A stretch of 64,000 nucleotides of DNA from a virus. Below the pieces are notes generated by a model. That model had not been told where the DNA came from. It made no database searches and saw only the letters and a program-made list of their open reading frames with translations. Shown here piece by piece: positions 10,254-20,404 of this stretch; the stretch's first letter is position 1; each line of letters begins with the position of its first letter. Where the stretch lies: IMG/VR virus record IMGVR_UViG_3300023276_001086, positions 103,833-167,832 of that record. One strand, given 5' to 3'. The position numbers were made by a program, and so were the translations under genes.

Positions 10254-10879
10254 GGTGTGGCCCTCTTGTACCCCGTGTCCCGCAAATGACCAGCACCTCG
10301 ACCCTCGAGCGCCTTCTCCGCCTCCTTACGGTTCTTGAAGTAGCCGGTCTCCCTCGACCACGGCCCGCACTGGTTGCAGAAGTAGCCGAGGTAGTGCCCA
10401 GCTGCGCTCATCTGCACAGCCAGCTCGAGCTTCACACCGCAACCGCATGTGACTCCCTCGGTCCCACTCAACTCTCCCTCAATCGCCATCCCACCTCCTC
10501 AGCAACAGCAGGGCTTGCTGTCGCACTTCGCGCACCAGACGTAGACTTGATCTCTTCGCACACACTTCGGATGCTTGACCTTGTATTTCTTCTTGGCGAC
10601 GGCCCGAGCCTCAGCGATGTTCTTCGCCTTGACCAGCACGTCACCCTTCAGCGTCTCGATCACGTAGGTGTACTCCTTCACACGTCACCTCCCTCCTCAA
10701 TCACCCGAAACATCGGCGGGTCATCGAACGCGTCGTCCGAAAACTCGGTGGTGACATAGCACTCCGCCGCTGTCTTCGTGTCGAAGACCAGGGGGGTATC
10801 CGTCCCCATCTCTTCGTCGTAATCCTCCCAATCGGGCGGGGTACGGCACATCACGTTTATCTGAAGTACCCAGCCCACC

Positions 10880-11008
10880 TCATTCTCCTCTCAGCCGGAA
10901 GCCCCGGCCCATGATGGGACGGAACACGTACTTCTCGAACGTCCGGAGCACCCCGATCGCCACCGCAGCGACGATCAGGATGCCCGTTACTCGAACGTCT
11001 CTAGTCAC
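10880..11008 (-). CDS. 42-aa single-TM microprotein, paralog of 6309..6437 (not in the ORF track)
   Basis: MTRDVRVTGILIVAAVAIGVLRTFEKYVFRPIMGRGFRLRGE; GTGA-coupled start. Confidence 0.75.
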   Translation of the reverse strand: MTRDVRVTGILIVAAVAIGVLRTFEKYVFRPIMGRGFRLRGE

Positions 11009-11706
11009 TCGGTCGACTCTCCCTCCACGTAAGCCACCCACAGTTCCTCGATAGCGTCATCGGCCTCTCGGCCCCGATGACAGACACTGATACGGACCCC
11101 TGTGTCGCACTCGTAGATGCGCAGGGACAGGGACCTGATACCGAGCCAGATCGCACGCTCTCTTAGCTCGTAATCATCGTCGTCTAGGAGCTTCATCCCA
11201 CTTCTCCTTCTTGAACAGCCGGTCCTTCATCTCCTCAAGTCTCTCCCCCACCTTCTTCCGCTGAAAGTCCAGGGCCTCCAGTCGGCTCTCTGCGAGCTCT
11301 ATCGCCTTCTTCAGCGCAGCCTCCTCCGTACAGAAGTGGTACGCGGACTGAACATGACCGCCCCACCTGATAGCGGGAGGGGCGGGGTCGAAGTAGCAAT
11401 CCCCCACCAGGTCGTGAGGTCTGTAGGGGTTCGAGTGCCCCTCCAGTTCGACGACCCCAAGCGTCTGCCAGTAGAGCGACACCCAACGTCGGATGGCCGC
11501 CTTCACTGCCTCTCCATATTCGCCTCGAACGTTCCGTTGATGTAGTCGAGCTCCAGATCACCGACGGTCGTCCGAAAGACCACTCGATGAGCTCGGCTAC
11601 CCAAGGCCACCTCAACAACAATGGCCCGACACTCCTCGAGAGTGTCCAAGAACACCAGCAACTCCCTCTCCCCCTTCAGCTTCTTTATCGCGTGCATCCT
11701 GTCTCC

Positions 11707-12174
11707 TCAATCTGGCCACGGCTCTCCTGCCTGAATAAGCTTCACGATTTTGAGCTTGCCACCCTTCCAGACGACACTGCTCTCCTCACGGTCCTCCTCA
11801 TACATGTAGGTGCCGAGCCTTACCTCATCCGGTGAACACGAGACGAACTGGGAGAGCCAGTCCAGGAAGTACTGAATCGACCTCTCGTAGTTCTTCACGC
11901 TGAAGGAGAGCTTGAGCTGGTAGACACCAGCCTCGTCCCTCACGAAGTAGGGAGCCGCCCAGACCCCGCACCCGCCGTTGCACCTGAGCATCCAAGCACC
12001 CCGCCACGTATTGAAGAGCGGGTGAGCCAACCCAGGGTGGATCGCCAAGATTGGGTTGATGTCCTCCTGCTTGTGCCCCTGGACCTGACACATAATGTGG
12101 AGGATCTCGATGGCCGCTACCGGTGTGTCCTTGCGCAGCCTCACATCCAGCTGAAGGTGCGTGTACATTCCCAT
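11707..12174 (-). CDS. conserved-looking hypothetical phage protein (MGMYT start)
   Basis: 155-aa ORF with GAGG RBS. Confidence 0.7.
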   Translation of the reverse strand: MGMYTHLQLDVRLRKDTPVAAIEILHIMCQVQGHKQEDINPILAIHPGLAHPLFNTWRGAWMLRCNGGCGVWAAPYFVRDEAGVYQLKLSFSVKNYERSIQYFLDWLSQFVSCSPDEVRLGTYMYEEDREESSVVWKGGKLKIVKLIQAGEPWPD

Positions 12175-12178
12175 CTCA

Positions 12179-13261
12179 CTACCTCTTCTTGCTGGGAAGG
12201 GCGTAGACGAGTCGGGCTACTTGCTTCATCCTCCCCTCCTTGCAGAACCGGTTCCGGAGCTTCTTCCATGAACCGGGCCGGAAGTCCCGAGCCTCTGGGA
12301 ACTTCGCAGCCATAGCCAGCTCCAACTTGTGGAACGGGAGTAGGGAGTTCTCGGAGAGCAACCGGAAGAACTCCGTCTCGATAGCTTCCTCGGGGTACCA
12401 CGCCTTCGGCCACCAGCCGTTGTCGAGTTCCTCGATCTCAGCCGTGTTGCTCGCCAAGCAGACAATGGTGTGCAGGAGAATTGCCCGATCACTCTCATCA
12501 GACTCGATCATGTCCTTGAGTCGGACCCGCACCGAAGACGCATCCTGAAGGAACACGGCCAACGACAAGAGGTCCTTGATGGGAACGTTCTCGAGTAGGT
12601 GCAGCGACTCCCTCACCAGTAGTTTCTTGGCGACAGGATTCAGTCCCTGCATCTGACCCAGAGCGGCTAGCTTCTTGTAGAGGATGAAGCGACCCCCGCT
12701 GAGCACGTTCTCTGAAGACGACTCCGCGTCTTGATCAGTCTCTGGTGTGGAACGGTCCGGAACCTCGACGGGCTCGTCCTCACCCGTGGGCGGTGGGACA
12801 CGTGGGTCTTGAGGCTGCTCACCTCCATAGAGCTTGCTCAAGTGCTCATCACAGAGGGCCAAGCTCGACCCCGCCGCCACATCACACCGTGGCCAAGCAC
12901 ACTCCCCATCGCTAACGCTGGACTTCCACCAGCCATTGGAGAGCTCGACCAGCTCCTCTTCCTGCGACACCTCCTGCCCCCCAACCTTCGCAGTACGCTC
13001 CTCCCGGACTTGGGCCCTCAGCAGTTCAGTGCTCACCCTCACCTGCTCTTGGTGCCGAAGCGCCGCCGCTACCACAGTATCCCTCGGCCGACTCCCATCT
13101 CGAAACAGACCACCTTCAGCACAAGCATCCCCGAATGGGTCAGTCGCCGCACCACCCTCGTCCCAACCTCTCCGAACAGCCGCCGAAACGACTTCGATGA
13201 TGTTTACGTTCTCACCACACCATTTCTTCATCGCATCCAAAACGTCGTAAGTTACCGACAT
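12179..13261 (-). CDS. hypothetical protein, first gene after the 13.3-13.5 kb intergenic region
   Basis: 360-aa ORF. Confidence 0.7.
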   Translation of the reverse strand: MSVTYDVLDAMKKWCGENVNIIEVVSAAVRRGWDEGGAATDPFGDACAEGGLFRDGSRPRDTVVAAALRHQEQVRVSTELLRAQVREERTAKVGGQEVSQEEELVELSNGWWKSSVSDGECAWPRCDVAAGSSLALCDEHLSKLYGGEQPQDPRVPPPTGEDEPVEVPDRSTPETDQDAESSSENVLSGGRFILYKKLAALGQMQGLNPVAKKLLVRESLHLLENVPIKDLLSLAVFLQDASSVRVRLKDMIESDESDRAILLHTIVCLASNTAEIEELDNGWWPKAWYPEEAIETEFFRLLSENSLLPFHKLELAMAAKFPEARDFRPGSWKKLRNRFCKEGRMKQVARLVYALPSKKR

Positions 13262-13503
13262 TACTACACTACCCTTCTTTGATCATGCCCACTTTGATCA
13301 AGTCGACTAATTGCACATAAAAGCCAGCTTGATCCTTTTCCGCACAAAGATCGTTTTACACGGGGGTCTTATGCCCTCCCTAGCCTACTCCCCCACCTTA
13401 CACACTTTGCCAATCCTTGGGACACTAGCCTGTGTAATGTGTGAAACACCTTTGCCAATCTCTGCGACACGAGACGTGTGCAAAAGATGATTGACAACTA
13501 CAC
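13262..13503. promoter_or_regulatory. AT-richer intergenic control region with a direct repeat CTTTGCCAATC-N5-GACAC
   Basis: Only long non-coding gap in the early region; repeat copies near 13405-13425 and 13450-13470; GGGCATAAG on the minus strand near 13368-13376. Confidence 0.55.
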
Positions 13504-14601
13504 TCACCCCTCCTCTGGTAAGTCCTTGGGCATCACCAAGTCGATGACCTTGTCGTCGAACACCTCGTTGAGCACGTTCCTGGTTCGCTGGTACCTCCCG
13601 TACTTCCTATCGTCGTCCCACTTGGTACCGCCGGCTTGCTCGAGGTTCTTCACGAGCTCGCAGGCAAAGAGTCGCGACCGTGTGTGTCCGTCAAGCGGTA
13701 CCATCCCGTTGTGACCATGAAATTTGAGCGTCTTGTCGAGCGCCGTGTACGCCCACTTAGGTGCGTTGACCGCGAAGGACAGGAGCACGAGCATAGCGAG
13801 CTCGATGTGGGGGTCCTCGAAAGGTGTTTGGCAGGTCACGCCCCGCGGGAACGCCACGTCACTCACACGCTTACCATCGAGCACCCCGTGGAATGAGTTC
13901 CAGAAGAGGCTCGCACTTGAGGCAGAGTTGCGGCGGAAGTGGTTACGCTCAATCATCTTCTGGAAGTGCCGACACTCGTACATGAGCTGGGCCCGGTAGG
14001 TGTGGGGGTGGGCGAAGATCTGGCGCACGGCCTTGCACCAGCGCACCGAGTCCTCCCACTCGGGGCCCCCATCGGGTACAGCACCATCAACCGGGGTTAC
14101 CGTATTACGAAACACGTGGACGGGAACAGGGATGTCGTCGTAACCCCTGAGTACACCATCCGGTTGGAAGAACCACCCCTGTTCCTCGAGAAGTCTCGAG
14201 AGGTCGTAGTGGTAAACAGGAAAGACGCAGTCGATGAAAGCCATGAGCTTCCAAAAACCACCCCACTGCATACGCCTGGGCAAGATGGCCACGTGCTGAC
14301 ACAGCCCGGCAGTGATACCGGTGCCGTCAGCCATGAACACGGATCCGTAGAAACCACCACTCTCGACCGTGGCGGTGATATAGACGAGCTTCTCGAGAAA
14401 AGGAGCATCGTCCCACGTTGTGTCCATCTCGATGTCTATCTTGTCGCGCCCGTAGAGCACAGGCCCTGAATACTTCTTGTACTTCTTGTGTTTCGGTTCC
14501 CTCACTTCTCCCTCTCTTTCTTGACGACCGCACTCGATGTCTCCCACATCACCTCCATCGCCGAGAGAACCCCTCTCTGACCGAATTGATCTCATCGGCA
14601 A
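13504..14601 (-). CDS. putative lysozyme-like peptidoglycan hydrolase (start uncertain)
   Basis: ITATVESGG..ADGTGITAGLCQH resembles the lysozyme-fold catalytic Glu plus GxxQ motif. Confidence 0.5.
   Translation of the reverse strand: MPMRSIRSERGSLGDGGDVGDIECGRQEREGEVREPKHKKYKKYSGPVLYGRDKIDIEMDTTWDDAPFLEKLVYITATVESGGFYGSVFMADGTGITAGLCQHVAILPRRMQWGGFWKLMAFIDCVFPVYHYDLSRLLEEQGWFFQPDGVLRGYDDIPVPVHVFRNTVTPVDGAVPDGGPEWEDSVRWCKAVRQIFAHPHTYRAQLMYECRHFQKMIERNHFRRNSASSASLFWNSFHGVLDGKRVSDVAFPRGVTCQTPFEDPHIELAMLVLLSFAVNAPKWAYTALDKTLKFHGHNGMVPLDGHTRSRLFACELVKNLEQAGGTKWDDDRKYGRYQRTRNVLNEVFDDKVIDLVMPKDLPEEG
13888..13932 (+). repeat. 45-bp inverted repeat, copy 1 (partner 15410..15454)
   Basis: GTGGAATGAGTTCCAGAAGAGGCTCGCACTTGAGGCAGAGTTGCG; 44/45 identical to the reverse complement of 15410..15454. 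Confidence 0.95.
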
Positions 14602-14923
14602 GGGCGTGTCGGTTCACCACTACGTTGACCTCAGCGTGCTCGGAGGTCAGCAGCACAATGAACTCCTGCCTGTTCTCGTCCCAGATGGGCAGGTCCCACC
14701 GGTCTAGCGCCCCCTTCAACCTGCTGTGCTCCACCCCAATGCCCCGTAGTGCGATCACCAAAACAATCCGACTAATGTCTTCGTAGGAGTACGAACGCTG
14801 CGACCCACTGCCGTAGGCATCTCGAACAGAAGGCGTCACGATTCCCTTCTCGGCAAGGTAGGTGAGCTGTCTTGGGGTGATGCCTAAGTAGTCCGAAATT
14901 TGCTGATTGGTAAACGACCGCAT
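14549..14923 (-). CDS. MerR-family HTH regulator
   Basis: FTNQQISDYLGITPRQLTYLAEKGIVTPS....GSGSQRSYSYEDI matches the MerR HTH pattern. Confidence 0.85.
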   Translation of the reverse strand: MRSFTNQQISDYLGITPRQLTYLAEKGIVTPSVRDAYGSGSQRSYSYEDISRIVLVIALRGIGVEHSRLKGALDRWDLPIWDENRQEFIVLLTSEHAEVNVVVNRHALADEINSVREGFSRRWR

Positions 14924-15209
14924 CTCACAGGCTCCAGTAGTAGTCGCCGCCCCGACCATCAGTCAGGCAACGTTCAGCAATCGAACGAGGCTCGGTGTCT
15001 CGAGCTCCGAACTCGGGGTACTTCGAGAGACGCTCACTCATGATCTCGATGGCCTTCTCCCGAGTTCGAGCCATGAGCGCCTTCTTGAGTCCGCTTGTCA
15101 GGGACCTGGCCACTTTGCCCACACCCTTCATATCTGAGAAGAGCTCCCACTCATCAGCGGTCTCCGGGATCGAGACCTCTGCTTCCACTCCTGGTACCCT
15201 GATCACCTC

Positions 15210-15389
15210 TCACCACCTCTCCCGCATGACCGCCCACATCTCGGGCAGTGCGCCGCCTCTGCTCATCCACCCGTCGAGCCCATCGATGAGGTCGACGAGC
15301 CTGCTGTGGTCTTCGATGGCGTCAGTGTCATCCGCATCAGCTCTCGCCACGATGCGCCGAATCTCCTCCAATGCAGCATCAGGATCCAT
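15210..15389 (-). CDS. 59-aa hypothetical phage protein (MDPDAAL...LDGWMSRGGALPEMW), not in the ORF track
   Basis: Own translation; GGAGG RBS; fills the gap between neighbours. Confidence 0.65.
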   Translation of the reverse strand: MDPDAALEEIRRIVARADADDTDAIEDHSRLVDLIDGLDGWMSRGGALPEMWAVMRERW

Positions 15390-16092
15390 CCTGCCCCTCC
15401 TTCATCCTTCGCAACTCTGCCTCAAGCGCGAGCCTCTTCTGGAACTCATTCCACCACTTATCGGTGAACTCCGAATCAACCAGAGCGTGCTGGTTGGCCC
15501 TGGCGTTTTCCTCCAAGCGCACGCGGCTGATGATCTCCTCACGCTCCTGCTCCATCACCTTGGCCAACGACTTGGCGCGTACTAGACCGTACCTGCCGAT
15601 GGATCTCTGAGCGGAAGGCTGCCGAAGAACGATCAACGCCGCCTGGTGCAGATCTTCCATGTCCTGTTCGCTTATGCCCAGCTTCGTAGCGACCTCCCCC
15701 TTAGTCATCCTCGGCCCACCGTCAATCCCGTAAAGCCTCGAGATGGCGACCAGTTGTTGGAGGGTCAATCTACGAGACGCATCCTTTACACGACGGGCCA
15801 CTTGAGCTGCGTTGTCCCATTTTGGGATGCTGGGCTTGACGCAAAACACCTCGCACAACAAAAGAGCAGCCCCACGAAGAGTTCTGTGCTCACGCCAGCG
15901 TTCGGGGAGTTCCTTCTCTACAATCTCACGTAGCCGGATGGTGCCCACAGAATACCCCTCAGCATGTTCTCGGAGCTCTCTGCGGTTACGGTGACCCACA
16001 AAATTCACTACCGCGTCTGGTACACCTTCGAGGGAAACACCAAACGTGGCAGCAAGCGCACGTAAACGCACTGGACCTTTGGTCCTTGTCAT
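15379..16092 (-). CDS. protein with a sigma70 region-4-like HTH
   Basis: LTLQQLVAISRLYGIDGGPRMTKGEVATKLGISEQDMEDLHQAALIVLRQP. Confidence 0.65.
   Translation of the reverse strand: MTRTKGPVRLRALAATFGVSLEGVPDAVVNFVGHRNRRELREHAEGYSVGTIRLREIVEKELPERWREHRTLRGAALLLCEVFCVKPSIPKWDNAAQVARRVKDASRRLTLQQLVAISRLYGIDGGPRMTKGEVATKLGISEQDMEDLHQAALIVLRQPSAQRSIGRYGLVRAKSLAKVMEQEREEIISRVRLEENARANQHALVDSEFTDKWWNEFQKRLALEAELRRMKEGQDGS
15410..15454 (-). repeat. 45-bp inverted repeat, copy 2 (partner 13888..13932)
   Basis: CGCAACTCTGCCTCAAGCGCGAGCCTCTTCTGGAACTCATTCCAC. Confidence 0.95.
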
Positions 16093-17831
16093 GTCCGTAC
16101 CCTCTTATGATCCTTCTCCTCCTCGACGATGAAGATGGCCTCATCAATGCTCTTCTGAATCTGATCCTTCTCGACGTAGTTGAACATGTCGTAACTCACC
16201 ATCTTGGCGAAGAGCCGCCGAACGAGCTTGGCGGTCATCAAGAGCAGCCTGAGCTGTGCGGTAGTCACGGTCCCACCTTGTTGTCGCAAACCCCGCCCGT
16301 GAGAACGGCGAGGCTGTTCTGTAGTCGACTGATCTGCGCCAGAGCCTTCTCGCAGAGCTCTGATGTAGACCGGACCTTTTCCTTCAGAGAACTGCACTCG
16401 GCATCGAGCTTGGCGGTGCAGTTCTCGCACGTGTACCTGCGGCCTTCGATGACGCAGCAGATGCAAACGGGCGGCTTCGCTGCCTCGATGGCGTACTCGA
16501 CGGCAGACCAGATGAACTCCCAGTCCTTCCGCTCAACAGCCTCGTCGAACTCCTTCCTGTCGATGTTGTAGCTCATGGCATCTCCGACCCATCAAGACGC
16601 TTCGGAGGCATGATTTGCCGAGCCACCGTCGGCTGATGAATGATGTCCCGCAACTCCGCAGCAGTGAGCAACGCGTTCTGCTGTCCACGCTCGTAGGCGA
16701 TACGGACAGCGTGCTGAATCTCAATCTTGAGCTGGTTCATGTACGGACTGTTCGACCGAATGAGCTTGTCGAGCCCGTTGGCCTCGAGCCAAGTCCGGAC
16801 GAGATCCTTGGCCAACTTCTCGGGGTCGATGAGGTAGTCCCCCGCTCGGAGGGTCTTCGTGGTCAACTCAGCTGAGTCCACACTCCCAGTGATCATACTT
16901 CTCTCCTTTTCTCAATCCCATGACAGCACCATATCGTGATCAATGCTGTGCTTGCCGCACCTCGAGCACGTTGTGGTCGTGACCTGCTCATCCTGATAGA
17001 TGGGGCCATCCCACACATGCTCACAGGACTCCGGACACTTGCACCGACAAGTAGCAGACCCGGGTCCGTAGTTGACATGGACGAATACGGGAAGCTTCTT
17101 CTCGTCACCCACCGTCAATCCTCCCTGTGCCAATTCTTGCTATTTTCTTCCTGCGTGAGGACATGCGTACCCTTGGGCCACGTCGGCACACTGATGGGTA
17201 CCGAGAGGTCCGGCGCATGCTTCCCACCGAGGTACTCAAAGACGACCCAGGCGCCCCACATGCCACGAGGCTGACGCCAAGCAACACCAATCTGTCCGTG
17301 CTCCTTCCCGCAGATGGTGCAGGGCACCTTCGGGTCGAGGTAGCACTCGCTGATCTTCTTGCTGGTGTCTGAGATGTACCTCTCGAACTCGAGGCCTACC
17401 TCACCTCGGCCGGTCTTGGGGTTCTTCCTCGTCTCGCCACCGAACTGCATGAGGCTACTCATCAGCAGCCTCCTCGAGCACCTGGATGCGCTGCTGCAAC
17501 TCCCGAAGCTCCGCCGTCACGACACCCAGCATGACCGCCATACCCAACAGAAAGGGAAGAACGACTGCGGCCAGCATCCGAAGCCGGGAGAGGTGTAGAG
17601 CTGACTTGTGCTCCACAACGTCCAAGACGGCATCACCGGAGCACACCTCCCGGCCCGCAGCAAAGCACTCGAACTCTGTGATGCGGACATCATGCTCCTG
17701 GATGTCCTCGATGGTGGTCCTGAGACCGTCACCGATTATGGCGAGATCGGACACTTCCCGGTACGGAACAGAACCCTCCCCCTCTTCCTCCTCCCCAGGC
17801 AGAAACGTGCCCACATCATCCTCCCAGTTAC

Positions 17832-18290
17832 TCATTTGTTCTCCCTCTCGTCGTGCCCTGCGCGCTTCTCATCGAGCCACCGACCTGTGCCGTGCCACTC
17901 GACCCCATCCGCGGTAATGAAGCAGGCCGAGCCCCCGAAGGCGTCAAGCCGCGGCTTTGAGCAGCTGTGGGACACCTCAATGCCAAAGCAACCGTCCGGC
18001 TTGAACTTGCGCAGGTACGCCTGAGCGATGTACGCCGCGAACTCGTGACCACACGACTCATCGTTGCGCAGCCACAATCCCCTTTCATCGAGGTCACACT
18101 CGGGCGGGTAGACCTCCTCAACTGTCACGCCTTGCTCAGTGAGGACGGCAATGATTTCCTCCGACAAGCCATCGGGGTTCGCCTCTTCGTAGGCATTTGT
18201 GAGTGCCTTCGTTTGTGCGATGAGCCACTCCCGCTCTTCCTTGACCTTCGTCTCAATCATGACGGAGAACATGCTGTAGTAGTCGGCCAT
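17832..18290 (-). CDS. hypothetical phage protein
   Basis: 152-aa acidic ORF with GGAGG RBS; SCSKPRLDAFGG motif. Confidence 0.7.
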   Translation of the reverse strand: MADYYSMFSVMIETKVKEEREWLIAQTKALTNAYEEANPDGLSEEIIAVLTEQGVTVEEVYPPECDLDERGLWLRNDESCGHEFAAYIAQAYLRKFKPDGCFGIEVSHSCSKPRLDAFGGSACFITADGVEWHGTGRWLDEKRAGHDERENK

Positions 18291-18934
18291 CTCACCCTCC
18301 TATCCTGTGAACAGTATCCGAGCATCGGCCATGACCAGCTCGAATGTGTACGGCTTTCGCTCATCACCGGCGTACATGGTGCGCGTTGTCCACGCACCCT
18401 TCTTGGGGTCGTACTCGTAGATGGTAGAGAAGAACCGTTCGTAGTTGTCACAGACAACCCAAAGGCCCTCATCATTGATGCTGGCGTACATCACGTCTTT
18501 GGCGATGGGGCTATCGATACCCCAAGCCTCGAACGCATTGGCCGTAGCAGCCTCCACGAACTTCTTCACTTGCTCAGGTATGTCAGCCACTGTCCTCTAC
18601 CTCCCCTTCGTGCAACAAAAGCAGGTGCTCCAACCGAAGAGCACTCATGTGCTCGCACTCGGTCTCATGGCAACACGCCGCACACAAGGGGTCATGCTTC
18701 GACTTCGGCCTCCGCCAATTACCCAAACCACCATGATCGCACTGCACCTCCCCACGAGGCACCGAGCTCCCGACCCACATCTTCTTCTCTACCGCCACCT
18801 CAATCAGCTCCCGAGCCACTGCTTCGGACCTGCAATCGAACGTATCCGTTGCGACCCACTGCCCATTGGCGAAAAGAGCAGCAAATGTGTAAGCCCTGAT
18901 AGGGCGCTTTAGTCGAAAGACGCCAGCACCCTCT

Positions 18935-19666
18935 TCACTCTCCTTCTTCATCTGTCGCACCTTTCGTCATGATGACGATGACTGGTGGCGGCCCGCAGGC
19001 ATACCCATCAGCGAGGAACCGTCGACCATCAAGTCCGAACTTCACTGCCTCGTCATCCTCCACCTCATCGAGTGGGGTCAGCTCACCCGGTTCCTCATCG
19101 TCATCGAGGTCCTTGCAGCCGAAACTTGGGCAGGTACCGTCTTCGTCGAGCGTGACCGTGCAATAGCACCGCTCGCACCACCGCAACGCCCTGAAACAGT
19201 CAAGGCAGGTGGGCATCGACAGGTAGATGCCGACACCGCCGTTGCCCTGGGAACCGAGGAATTTGGCAATCCCCTGATAGGGCTCACCGCAGCTATGACA
19301 GTGCCAGATTGGTCCCTTGAGATCATGGAGGTCCAAGATGGTTGTCATGGTATTCAGTGTGTTGGGGTTCGGATCGATCTCCTCGATCTCCTCGAGCTCC
19401 CAAGTATCGTAGTTGCCGCCCTCCATCACCTCGACGAACGCAGCAGCAATAGTGCCGTGCAGGACGACGTCGATTGCATTGTCCAGCTTCTTGAAGCCAA
19501 GCCACCCGTAGGCCTTGCCTGACACGTAGATAGGGAACACCTCCCCCTCCTTGAACAGGAAGTAGTTGGGCTCCCACCAGCACCCGTCGTAGGGCACGTG
19601 AGACCTACAGTACAGAATGCAGGGCTCCTCACGTCCCTCCAACAGCTCCTTCAACGTCCTCTCCAT
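18935..19666 (-). CDS. hypothetical acidic Cys-rich protein
   Basis: 243-aa ORF, several CxxC. Confidence 0.7.
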   Translation of the reverse strand: MERTLKELLEGREEPCILYCRSHVPYDGCWWEPNYFLFKEGEVFPIYVSGKAYGWLGFKKLDNAIDVVLHGTIAAAFVEVMEGGNYDTWELEEIEEIDPNPNTLNTMTTILDLHDLKGPIWHCHSCGEPYQGIAKFLGSQGNGGVGIYLSMPTCLDCFRALRWCERCYCTVTLDEDGTCPSFGCKDLDDDEEPGELTPLDEVEDDEAVKFGLDGRRFLADGYACGPPPVIVIMTKGATDEEGE

Positions 19667-20159
19667 CCTCGATCTCCTCTTTCCTCTTGAACTCCAACGA
19701 CCGTTTGTACTCGGTCAGTTCCCTCATCTCGTCGTAGAGCTGCTCCCGAAAGAACTGCACATCGTTAGCCAACTCGTCATCTGTTGGGCGACCGGGCAGT
19801 AGCTTGTGTGCCAACCACCGCCTGGCTATGTCGTGCTGTCGATTGATGATGGTCGGCATGGGCCACACGACCTGATCGAGCAACTCGACAATCTTGGTAG
19901 TGCCCTTGACGGTCCGAACCTCCCAAGTGACGCGGTTGTAGTAGCCCTTCTTCTTCAAGATAAGGCGACCACCGAGGAGGTCGATGAGATCCTGCACCAG
20001 CTCTTTCCTACTGACGTGTATCCTGACAGCGGCACAGAGTAGGTATCTGGTACGCCCCGCAACCGTCTCGCCAGACCTCGTGATGTAGAACGAACCGTTC
20101 GCTGCGAACAGACCACCAACCCAACCGGGGAACTGGTCATAGTCCTCCTGCTCAAGCAA
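19629..20159 (-). CDS. free-standing LAGLIDADG-like homing endonuclease homolog (possibly degenerate)
   Basis: WVGGLFAANGSFYITR resembles a LAGLIDADG motif with the acidic residues changed; downstream LxxLLGGR....W.V strands fit the fold. Confidence 0.6.
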   Translation of the reverse strand: MLEQEDYDQFPGWVGGLFAANGSFYITRSGETVAGRTRYLLCAAVRIHVSRKELVQDLIDLLGGRLILKKKGYYNRVTWEVRTVKGTTKIVELLDQVVWPMPTIINRQHDIARRWLAHKLLPGRPTDDELANDVQFFREQLYDEMRELTEYKRSLEFKRKEEIEDGEDVEGAVGGT

Positions 20160-20197
20160 TCTCGCTCTCCTTTCAGCTTTTACTTCAACTAGGTAAG

Positions 20198-20240
20198 TCT
20201 AGTAAGACCCTCCTATAATATATTAGGGGGTCTTACTAGA
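20198..20240. other. AT-rich palindrome with 13-bp perfect arms (TCTAGTAAGACCC / GGGTCTTACTAGA)
   Basis: Direct reading; the spacer contains TATAATATATTA. Confidence 0.85.
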
Positions 20241-20287
20241 TACCCCTATCTGTAGTAAAACCACCATAGAGAAGGAGCCCTCTCAGA

Positions 20288-20404
20288 TCAAGCACCTTGC
20301 TTGTGCCGCTTCAGCCGCATCTTCAGTCTCCAGAACAAGTAGCCCACGGCAGGAAGTCCGGACAGAAATCCGAGAAGGGCTACGGCAAGGCAGTGAGGGC
20401 ACAT
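20288..20404 (-). CDS. 38-aa membrane microprotein (MCPHCLAVALLGFLSGLPAVGYLFWRLKMRLKRHKQGA)
   Basis: TGATG-coupled to the upstream ORF; hydrophobic segment plus basic tail. Confidence 0.5.
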   Translation of the reverse strand: MCPHCLAVALLGFLSGLPAVGYLFWRLKMRLKRHKQGA

